This document shows positions 15,182-22,707 of a DNA stretch of 39,998 nt, piece by piece. The notes below the pieces were generated by a model. The model saw only the letters and a list, made by a program, of their open reading frames with translations. It searched no databases and was not told the origin of the DNA. Each line of letters starts with the position of its first letter. The first letter of the stretch is position 1. A program made the translations under genes and the position numbers. Location: positions 1-39,998 of the forward strand of contig PUOG01000134.1 in NCBI GenBank assembly GCA_003552745.1, in the 5' to 3' direction. The stretch comes from Spirochaetaceae bacterium (GTDB taxonomy: Bacteria; Spirochaetota; Spirochaetia; DSM-27196; SKKC01).

Positions 15182-16723
15182 TCAGCGGTCGATCACCTTC
15201 GTGTAGAAGTCATACGATACCGACTCTATTTCCGGTTCCGAGAGTAGGGCGGAAAGGAGTGAGCGATCGAGCTTGTGACCGTCCGGGAGCATTGCGATCG
15301 GGAAGCGGTGTCCGCGATCGACTATCCCGGCGAGTCCGTACTCACCGGAGATCGCGCGAAGACGAGTCCGCCGAAGATCGCGAGGCACGGTGCTATACCA
15401 GCTGCGATCGAGCGCCAGGAGCACTCGATCGGATCGGTAGGTTCCCTCGGGAGGTTCGGTGAGCCGCCTCGACTCGGAAGACTCGACTTCGCCGACACCG
15501 GCACCGCTCTCCGCAACTTGAACCACCGAAGTCCCGACACTGGCCGTCACCTCCCCGGTATACGGGCCGTAGGGCGCGATCAAGGCCCGCCGCACCGCGC
15601 TTCCGGCATTCAGCATCCCCCACCCGTATTCGTCGTTCGGATGGTCGCCCGCGTGGACCGCCGGGGTTGCGGTCTCCCGCAGAATCGCTCGGGCCGAGCC
15701 CGGATTCATGTTCTCCGATGCCGCGTACAGGAGCGCGGCCACACCGGACACGTGCGCCGTTGCGACCGAGGTTCCGGTGCGCGAACCGTATTCCGACTCG
15801 CCGCCACCGGTCGAAAGGCTGAAAACAGCGTGGTACGAATCGGAGAGACCGCTTCCTCCCGGTGCGACGAGGTCGAGCGTGTCGCCGCAGTTGGAGTACC
15901 CGGCGCGTTCGGCATTCGGCGGATTCGCCGAGCCGACGGCGACGGTTGTCGGATAGGCTGCCGGATAGAGTATCGGCGCGCACCCCTGATTCCCGGCCGC
16001 TGCGACGACCGTGATGCCCTCCGCCGTTACGTCTGCGAGCACGCTCTCCAGGAGGACGGCCTCCTCGTTTGTCATTCCCGATTCTTCGACTCCCAGACTC
16101 AGGCTTATGACCGCCGCCGGCCGGTCCGGACTCGACTCACCGTCCCCGGCGAGTCCGGCGGCGAACATCAAGCCGTCGATGAGCGTTCCGAGATCGCCTG
16201 ATCCGTCCGAATCGAGCACAACAACCGGCATAACACGGATTACATTCCACCCCACTCCGGCGATACCGATTTCGTTGTCGGTCCGCGCTCCGATTATCCC
16301 GGCCATATGTGAGCCATGGTCGGCATACGAGCCGTGACCCGGCTCGCCGCCGCCGGAGACAAAATCGTAGCCTGCGACAAGATTTTCGGTGAGGTCCGGA
16401 TGAGTCGTATCGACGGCGGTGTCGAGCACAGCGACTACCACCTCGCGTGGATACGGCTCGGTCGGCACTGTTCGAGCGACTTCCCCTGCAAACAGGGTGC
16501 CCCAAGCGCGCGGCATCGCGATTGCAGCAAGGCTCCACTGGTTCGGCTCCGAGCCGTAGTCGTAGTACCGGTCGTCGGGATGCAGCGGCTCGAACTCGGG
16601 CAAGAGACGAACGCTTTCCGAGAGCACGTCGGTGCCCGGGTTCGCGCACGCGGCGGGACCAAGAGTCGCAACAAGAGCGACCAGCAACATTACGGGTGTA
16701 TGCTTGCACGCCGAGATTGCCAT
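15182..16723 (-). CDS. subtilisin-like serine protease (peptidase S8), probable lipoprotein, with extra C-terminal domain
   Basis: The catalytic triad contexts are VAVLDTAVDTTHPDL, HGSHMAGIIGA and GTSVATAHVSGVAALL. The N-terminus is MAISACKHTPVMLLVALVATLGPAAC (lipobox). ATG at 16723, with a TTG one codon upstream. Confidence 0.85.
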   Translation of the reverse strand: MAISACKHTPVMLLVALVATLGPAACANPGTDVLSESVRLLPEFEPLHPDDRYYDYGSEPNQWSLAAIAMPRAWGTLFAGEVARTVPTEPYPREVVVAVLDTAVDTTHPDLTENLVAGYDFVSGGGEPGHGSYADHGSHMAGIIGARTDNEIGIAGVGWNVIRVMPVVVLDSDGSGDLGTLIDGLMFAAGLAGDGESSPDRPAAVISLSLGVEESGMTNEEAVLLESVLADVTAEGITVVAAAGNQGCAPILYPAAYPTTVAVGSANPPNAERAGYSNCGDTLDLVAPGGSGLSDSYHAVFSLSTGGGESEYGSRTGTSVATAHVSGVAALLYAASENMNPGSARAILRETATPAVHAGDHPNDEYGWGMLNAGSAVRRALIAPYGPYTGEVTASVGTSVVQVAESGAGVGEVESSESRRLTEPPEGTYRSDRVLLALDRSWYSTVPRDLRRTRLRAISGEYGLAGIVDRGHRFPIAMLPDGHKLDRSLLSALLSEPEIESVSYDFYTKVIDR

Positions 16724-16729
16724 CAACTC

Positions 16730-16735
16730 ATTATA
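16730..16735 (-). promoter_or_regulatory. candidate -10 box (TATAAT on minus strand) positioned for a leaderless or near-leaderless protease mRNA
   Basis: The minus strand reads GTATATAAT-gagttg-ATG. A perfect TATAAT ends 6 nt before the ATG at 16723. There is no SD between them and no good -35. Confidence 0.3.
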
Positions 16736-16756
16736 TACCCGGCAGACTTATCATAG

Positions 16757-16784
16757 TTGTAACTTAACGAATACACGGTATACT
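16757..16784 (+). promoter_or_regulatory. candidate sigma70-type promoter for the 16800 regulator gene (TTGTAA-N16-TATACT)
   Basis: TTGTAA at 16757-16762, a 16-nt spacer, then TATACT at 16779-16784. It sits in a 73-bp AT-rich divergent intergenic region of an otherwise GC-rich window. Confidence 0.4.
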
Positions 16785-16799
16785 TTGAAATAAAAGAGT

Positions 16800-17486
16800 T
16801 TGCTGGATATGGTTGCAAAGATCCTGATCGTCCACGACCATCCATTGCTTTATGAAGGCGTCTGCGCAGTGCTCCAACGGGAAGAAGACTTCGAGGTTCT
16901 CGGCGAGGCACGCACCGCAGCCGATGCGCTGATACACTGCCGAACGCATGAGCCCGACGCCCTGCTGGTCGACATTCAACTCACCGAGAACGGATTCGCG
17001 GAATTCGTACGCAATATCGCCTGCCATCCAGATATCCGCGTACGCATAATCGCTCTCACAATGACATCCAATCCCCAGCGAATGCGGCAAGCTGCCTTGA
17101 TCGGCGCTCACGGAATCGTCTCCCGGTTCACCACGCCGGAAGAGCTCGTAGATGCCATCCGCACCGTCCTCTCAGGTCAGATGTACCTCGATCCTTCGGT
17201 AGCGCGTCAGATGATGGAAATCATGAAGGGAATGCCCGAAGACGCGTTCCGAAAACCCGATGCCGGATACGAGTGTTTGTCCGCCCGTGAGAAGCAGGTA
17301 TTCGCCATGCTTGCGGAGGGCATGACCAACAAGGATGTCGCGTTCACACTCGGGATAAGCTATAAGACAGTCGAGACCCATCACGTTCGCATCTACCGCA
17401 AACTCGGACTGTGCGGACCGCTCGATCTCGTCCGCTACGCGGCGCGCATCGGTGTTGTAGACATCGATACCTGGACATCGGCCTGA
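16800..17486 (+). CDS. NarL/FixJ-family (LuxR HTH) response-regulator-like protein with atypical receiver, paralog of 12876-13556
   Basis: The HTH is LSAREKQVFAMLAEGMTNKDVAFTLGISYKTVETHHVRIYRKL. The receiver reads IVHDHP (HD instead of DD), LLVDIQL (Asp kept) and GIVSR (Lys position is Arg). TTG at 16800; an in-frame ATG at 16809 is an equally plausible start. Confidence 0.8.
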   Translation: MLDMVAKILIVHDHPLLYEGVCAVLQREEDFEVLGEARTAADALIHCRTHEPDALLVDIQLTENGFAEFVRNIACHPDIRVRIIALTMTSNPQRMRQAALIGAHGIVSRFTTPEELVDAIRTVLSGQMYLDPSVARQMMEIMKGMPEDAFRKPDAGYECLSAREKQVFAMLAEGMTNKDVAFTLGISYKTVETHHVRIYRKLGLCGPLDLVRYAARIGVVDIDTWTSA

Positions 17487-17624
17487 TCTCTGATCGCCGA
17501 CATGCATAGCAGATCAGCAATCGCCTTATAAGGATAGGCAAATTCCCTATTGCGCCCGTCACACGGCCGCACCACTGTTAAGAAGAGCACCGCACGCTTG
17601 TGACATGCTCGAAGGGGGGCGCGG

Positions 17625-18371
17625 GTGTTGGAGCAAAACCGTTCTTCACTCTACTTCCGGCTGCTTGCCGCGGCAGTTGCCGCGTCGATAATCCTCGCCT
17701 GCACCGGCTCCGTCACACCGGATCTCGAGGACGAGACCGCCCCTGCCGACGATCCACCACCGGTAGACACTCCCTCCGTGGAGGTAAGAGCCGATGCCGG
17801 GGGGCCGTATGCGGCATTGAGCGAATCGCCGGTCATTACCTTCGACGGTACAAAGACCACCGACCCGGAAAGTGTGATCATGACCTACCACTGGGATTTC
17901 GCCGACGGCGCGCTGGTCGAGGGGGTGGTAGTCGAACACGAGTATGCAGCAACGGTAGCTGAGTACTCGGTCAAGTTGACGGTCAAAGATGCAGACGAGA
18001 TCGAGCTCGACAGCGATATCACGACCGCGCGGATACGCGAGCGTCCCGTCGCATCGTTTGAGGTTGCGACCGCCGCGGAGGATATCGTGGTCGGCAGACA
18101 AATCGAGTTCGACGCCTCCGCCTCGGAAGACGGCGACGGGCTCGGGGCTGTCGCCGAGTATCGCTGGGATTTCGACTACGAAACCGACAACTTCTCACCG
18201 AGCAAGAGCACTTCGGATCCGGTGACCACGCATGTCTGGACATTCGGGGATTTCCCGCGGGAAGTCACCGTTGCCGTGATGGTAGTCGATGACGATGGTT
18301 TTGAGTCCGACATTGCGACGAGCAGTGTCGAGATTAACGATGCCGAAGGAGCAACGATCATAATCGAGTAA
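17625..18371 (+). CDS. lipoprotein with two PKD domains
   Basis: GTG start is preceded by GAAGGGGGG. The lipobox is SIILAC. Two PKD-like units contain FDGTKTTDPE...YHWDFADG...YSVKLTVKD and FDASASEDGDG...YRWDFDYE...VTVAVMVVDDDG. Confidence 0.75.
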   Translation: MLEQNRSSLYFRLLAAAVAASIILACTGSVTPDLEDETAPADDPPPVDTPSVEVRADAGGPYAALSESPVITFDGTKTTDPESVIMTYHWDFADGALVEGVVVEHEYAATVAEYSVKLTVKDADEIELDSDITTARIRERPVASFEVATAAEDIVVGRQIEFDASASEDGDGLGAVAEYRWDFDYETDNFSPSKSTSDPVTTHVWTFGDFPREVTVAVMVVDDDGFESDIATSSVEINDAEGATIIIE

Positions 18372-18392
18372 GTCGGCATAAGGAGTTTGGCC

Positions 18393-19928
18393 GTGAAACG
18401 TACACTGATTCTTCTGGTCGGGTTTGTTATCGTTGGAATACTCTTCGGAGTAATAGGATGTAACCTGGAGGTCGGCTCCATTCCCGATACGGGGAGTACA
18501 ACGGCGCCGGATGACGAATCGACAGAGCCGATATCCGAGGCGCAGTCCACGGGCGCGGCGGTGAGCGTCCCCGCTATATCGGCGGCGTTGCTCTCTGCGC
18601 TGAACGCGGAGTACGCGCCGGACTCCGGCGGAATCTCCGCCCAGGCAATTCTCTTTGCCACGGAGGTTAAGCTCGAGCTTGAACAAAACGGTGAACACGT
18701 TCGTGACTGGCACCTGACCGGGACGGATACCATCCAGGAAGACAGCCCTCCGATGTTCACGACATTTTTGGAGATAGACGCTGGAGAAAGCTATACCCTC
18801 TACGCGGAGGTCTATAACGACAAGGTCAGATCCGACACTCCGGTGGTCGCGGGATGGTCCGAGGAGTTCGAAATCAGCATCGGGGTCAGTACCGAGGTGG
18901 GAATCACCGCAATACCCGTTGAGCCGGCGGTGTTCGCTTCAGCGGAAGGTGGCGGTTCGGCCACCTTCAATTTCGCACAGACGCCGTACTCCTTCCATGA
19001 CGAGGCCTGGATCGTGCTCACCGGAATGGGAGGCGAGGCATGGCTCGAGGGCGTACTCACTCCCGTGGACGATCAGTATGTAAGGATTATCGCCGACCCG
19101 GCGGGCTCCGCCGACGCGATCCTACTGATGTTTGACGACGACGGCCGCATGAGCGAAGGAGGCATGAATGACCCGCCCCCGCACAGCTGGGGACTCTTCC
19201 CGACCGACCTCGGAGGCGTCGGGGGTACCCGCGCCGGGTTTATGGGCGGCCCGCTCGATGAAGACTTCACAGCGTACATCGGGCTCGCGCTGTTGAACCG
19301 CGACGGGAACACGACAAATGCTACCGTGGATGTGGAGATGGACATTCTCGAGCGCTTGCCGGCGGAGTATACGAACACATCTCCGGCGTCCGAAGGGGCG
19401 GACCCCGAAAGCTTTGCTCCTGAACTTCTGAAGTCGGGTGAGGACATAACCCAGATCGTCTTTCAAGATGATGAGGGACCGATGGTACACTGGTTCGAGC
19501 TGGACGGCATTGAGTGGGATGAGGTAGAGGACCCGGTCGAAATCACCGTCACCACGAGTTTCGATGTGCTCGATATCTCTCATCTTGCAGGGTTTATGGA
19601 AATCGAGGTCTACGATGGCAATGACAACAACGGTTATGACCGGATCGAGGCGCCTGCGCTCGCCCTCTTTGCCGGGAGTACCGGGGACGATTCGGGACAA
19701 CCGGCGGTGTATACCGCGCTCGATGATCCCAATTTCGACGTCACGATTCTCGGCGACGGAAGTACACAGGTCGAGTTCACCGTTTTGGTGAACCCCACGA
19801 ATCCGGTCGAGAATGGCGACCCGGAAGATGTGGATCTGGCCGCCCTCGCGATCTCCAGCCGGTGGGCCGGCAATCAGTTTACGGTCGGCTGGTCGGGGTA
19901 CGGAGAAGGTGAGCTGATTATCGACTGA
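18393..19928 (+). CDS. large acidic lipoprotein, unknown family
   Basis: AAGGAG lies 7 nt upstream of the GTG at 18393; the TTG at 18387 is too close to the SD. The N-terminus VKRTLILLVGFVIVGILFGVIGC contains a lipobox. It starts 22 nt after the PKD gene, so it is probably co-transcribed. Confidence 0.6.
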   Translation: MKRTLILLVGFVIVGILFGVIGCNLEVGSIPDTGSTTAPDDESTEPISEAQSTGAAVSVPAISAALLSALNAEYAPDSGGISAQAILFATEVKLELEQNGEHVRDWHLTGTDTIQEDSPPMFTTFLEIDAGESYTLYAEVYNDKVRSDTPVVAGWSEEFEISIGVSTEVGITAIPVEPAVFASAEGGGSATFNFAQTPYSFHDEAWIVLTGMGGEAWLEGVLTPVDDQYVRIIADPAGSADAILLMFDDDGRMSEGGMNDPPPHSWGLFPTDLGGVGGTRAGFMGGPLDEDFTAYIGLALLNRDGNTTNATVDVEMDILERLPAEYTNTSPASEGADPESFAPELLKSGEDITQIVFQDDEGPMVHWFELDGIEWDEVEDPVEITVTTSFDVLDISHLAGFMEIEVYDGNDNNGYDRIEAPALALFAGSTGDDSGQPAVYTALDDPNFDVTILGDGSTQVEFTVLVNPTNPVENGDPEDVDLAALAISSRWAGNQFTVGWSGYGEGELIID

Positions 19929-19957
19929 ACGGCGGCGGGCTTACCGCTGCAGTTTCC

Positions 19958-20013
19958 GCGCCGGTTCCCGAATCTGTTTGTCGTACCGGATCCAACGGGA
20001 CGGGAACCGACGC
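19958..20013. terminator. long hairpin between convergent genes (candidate bidirectional terminator)
   Basis: GCGCCGGTTCCCG (19958-19970) pairs with CGGGAACCGACGC (20001-20013), 12 of 13 complementary, with a 30-nt loop. No obvious U-tract. Confidence 0.3.
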
Positions 20014-20036
20014 GAAATAGCGACGGTCAATTATGC

Positions 20037-20513
20037 TCAGTTACTTACCGGCCCGCTGTAATTGAAGGTCGCCTGCGACCCTCCGGATACCGCGACACGC
20101 CCGCTGATCGTATACGTGGAGCCGTTTACCGAGATCTCGACCTCACCGCTGCTGATCGAGTACTCGTTGTTGGGCGTATCAATCAACGAGTCGCCTGAGA
20201 ACGTGTTCGAGTCATGACTATTGGCGAACGAATACGTACCGGCCGACACCGACGATCCGGAGAAGAACATCTCCAGGTAAACCTCAGCACTCTGACCTTC
20301 GATTAACAGATCGATATTGTAGCCGCCACCGGACCACCAACCATAGTCCTCGAAGTAAAGCTGAGACAGGGCGTACGTCTGCCCGCCAACGGTCAGGGAG
20401 TTCTCGTCATCCACATCGACACCTGTAGGGTTATCGCAGGCGAGAAACAGCAATGTGCCAACGAACACTGTCACGACAACGTAACCGAAACGCACCACAT
20501 TATGCTTCTTCAT
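20037..20513 (-). CDS. lipoprotein, paralog 2 of the island-bounding pair
   Basis: ATG at 20513 with AGGAGG 7 nt upstream. The lipobox is LLFLAC-DN. It is alignable to the 9368-9973 product (see that entry). Confidence 0.7.
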   Translation of the reverse strand: MKKHNVVRFGYVVVTVFVGTLLFLACDNPTGVDVDDENSLTVGGQTYALSQLYFEDYGWWSGGGYNIDLLIEGQSAEVYLEMFFSGSSVSAGTYSFANSHDSNTFSGDSLIDTPNNEYSISSGEVEISVNGSTYTISGRVAVSGGSQATFNYSGPVSN

Positions 20514-20715
20514 TGAAGCCGCCTCCTAACGTACCTACTAGAGTTCTGTTTCCCGGGGCGGGGCGCAATTGGAATTTGTCGTATTACAATGCGGCGATTG
20601 CCCACACGGGTGCGCAAATAACCGACGGAGTGGCCGAAGTACACTTCCCGGACCGCCGCGACGACAGACACGAGCGCTTTGACGAGTCACAAGACTCCCC
20701 TTAGGCTGGAAATCG

Positions 20716-21792
20716 ATGAGGCACCTTATGAATACGATTCGCCACCTGACTCCCGGAATCCTCGCATTCGCTGTTGCCGCATGCGCTACCGTTCCCACGG
20801 AACAGCCGCCCGTCTACGAACTGCCGGAGACGGTCACCTTTGCCGGCGAGACGGTTCCGATCGACGACCCGGACGTCTACGCGAGAATCTCGACCTGGTA
20901 CAACTTCTACCTTTCTCAGCCGTGGCGCGTCAGCCGGTGGATCGAACGCGCCGAATGGGTATTCCCGATCGTCGAGCCGATCCTCGAGGAGCACGATCTG
21001 CCCGACGACCTGAAATACGTTGCCGTGCTCGAAAGCAGCCTCGACCCGCGGGCGATCGGCGACGCCGGCGAGCGCGGCATCTGGCAGTTCATGCCGGCTA
21101 CCGCCGAAGAACACGGCTTGAAGATGAACCGATTCATCGACGAGCGAAGCGATATCACCGAATCGACCGAAGCGGCCGCCGAGTACTTCCGCGAAGCACG
21201 TGGCGAGATCGGAGGCAGCTGGAATCTCGCCGTCGCCTCGTTCAATGTCGGCGTCGACGGCGTGACCCAGCGCGTCAGGCGCCAGGGAGAGAACGACTAC
21301 TGGTTGATGGTATTCCCTCCGGTGACCGAGGATTACCTGCCGCAGGCGGTCGCCGCGAAGCTGCTCATGAAGGATGCCGAGGCGCTCGGCATCACCCCCC
21401 AGGTCTCTTATCCGCGCACCCGCCGCTTTACCGTCGCGCTCGAAGAGAGTCCGCTCTACCTTACCGATATCGCCGAGCACATCGACGTGCCGTTCCGCGC
21501 GGTCTGGACGGCGAATCCGCACATCTGGGCCCCGTACCTCGAGCCGGGCGAGTACAACATCTACTTACCGGAGGATGCGGCCACCGACCTCGGCCGCGAG
21601 GAGCTCGAGCGCTTTCTGCACGAGCAACCGTACGAAAAGCGCTCCTTCGCCGCCGACGGCGAGCATACGGTCGCCGAGCTCGCCGATAAGCTCGGGATCA
21701 GCGCCGACGAGCTTGCGACCTTTAACGACACCTCCGGCGGCGCCACGCCGGAGGAAGACGAAGCGATAGTGTACTGGCGCCGCGGCGAGTAG
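20716..21792 (+). CDS. membrane-bound lytic murein transglycosylase (SLT domain, MltD-like) with C-terminal LysM-like segment; probable lipoprotein
   Basis: VAVLESSLDPRAIGDAGERGIWQFMPATAEEHGL is the SLT catalytic Glu and GxWQFM motif. The N-terminus ILAFAVAAC is a lipobox. The C-terminus HTVAELADKLGISADELATFN is LysM-like. Confidence 0.75.
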   Translation: MRHLMNTIRHLTPGILAFAVAACATVPTEQPPVYELPETVTFAGETVPIDDPDVYARISTWYNFYLSQPWRVSRWIERAEWVFPIVEPILEEHDLPDDLKYVAVLESSLDPRAIGDAGERGIWQFMPATAEEHGLKMNRFIDERSDITESTEAAAEYFREARGEIGGSWNLAVASFNVGVDGVTQRVRRQGENDYWLMVFPPVTEDYLPQAVAAKLLMKDAEALGITPQVSYPRTRRFTVALEESPLYLTDIAEHIDVPFRAVWTANPHIWAPYLEPGEYNIYLPEDAATDLGREELERFLHEQPYEKRSFAADGEHTVAELADKLGISADELATFNDTSGGATPEEDEAIVYWRRGE

Positions 21793-21913
21793 CCGGCTGG
21801 CAATGAGGCCGGCCGTGCGGAACTGGGGCGGCGGTTTGTGAAGGCCGCCGGCCAATGCGATGCGCGGCGGCCCGTAGGGGGCGTAGGCGGTCGGTAGCCG
21901 ACGCGAAAGGCGC

Positions 21914-22396
21914 CTACACCTTCCGGAAATACCGCGCAATCGGAAGCAGTGAGAAGCCGGTGCGCTCGTACAGCGCGCGGGCGGGTGCGTGCCCCGGATC
22001 CCCGCCGGTCTCCACCATCGCCACGCTCATTCCCGCACTCCTGATCGTCTCCAGCGACGAGTCGGTGAGTGCCGCGCCGACACCGCGCCGCTGGTAGTCC
22101 GGATCGACGGCGATCATGTGAATCTCGCCCATTCCTGCCTCCGGCATGAGCTTCACGACCGTGAATCCGACCGGCGTCTCCCCGTCGACGGCGACACGGA
22201 CAATGCTCCCCTCCGCGGTACACGCCTCCCGGACCGCATTCGCCTGCTGCTCACGCCAGTCGGGATAGAGCTCGCGAAACAGTTCGGGCTTCAGCGCACC
22301 CTCGAGCGAGGCGAAGACCGGAGCCCACGCGCGAAGCGAGAGCTCTACGATCGCGTCGAGATGTGCCGGAACGAACGCTTCGATTTCGGTATGCAT
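21914..22396 (-). CDS. GNAT-family N-acetyltransferase
   Basis: IAVDPDYQRRGVGAALT is the acetyl-CoA-binding motif A, and YERTGFS is motif-B-like. I chose the ATG at 22396 (MHTEIEAF...). The open frame continues 60 codons upstream (see findings). Confidence 0.65.
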   Translation of the reverse strand: MHTEIEAFVPAHLDAIVELSLRAWAPVFASLEGALKPELFRELYPDWREQQANAVREACTAEGSIVRVAVDGETPVGFTVVKLMPEAGMGEIHMIAVDPDYQRRGVGAALTDSSLETIRSAGMSVAMVETGGDPGHAPARALYERTGFSLLPIARYFRKV

Positions 22397-22707
22397 ATGA
22401 GTTGCAATCCACTCTATCGCGGCGAAGCGCACGGCGGCAACGCAGCCGTCGGCCGCGCAAGCGCCGTCACAGCACGCGTCGCACCGGCACACGGCCCCAC
22501 CACAGCAGCCACAACACCACCACAACACCGCTTGAAACGTCGGCCCTGCCCCGAATATTCTCTCGTTCCCGGCCAAGCGGGTCTCTTTCGATACCGGTCT
22601 TGCACCGGGCGAGTGTCCCGCATGGTCGCCGGCGATGGGGCTCGCCTTCCAACCGCCCGAAACGGCTGACGGTCCCTACCTGATTTCGAGATCTCGTCGT
22701 CGGAGGT

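Noticed and set aside
17483-17517. Hairpin CTGATCT...AGATCAG overlapping the stop of the 16800-17486 regulator gene, as an intrinsic terminator. Also the ATAGG-N7-CCTAT palindrome around 17534-17550 as a lux-box-like site upstream of the PKD gene.
   Set aside because: The hairpin has only a 7-bp stem, a 21-nt loop and no U-tract. The palindrome has only 5-bp arms. Both are too weak to annotate.
21883-21917. Nested hairpin GTAGGCG-GTCGG-TAG-CCGAC-...-CGCCTAC overlapping the GNAT stop, plus other GC-rich palindromes (GCCGGC and GGCGGC/GCCGCC) in 21793-21913 between the convergent MltD-like and GNAT genes.
   Set aside because: They are plausibly ordinary terminator structures between convergent genes. 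Short GC palindromes are frequent at this GC content, and nothing distinguishes them further.
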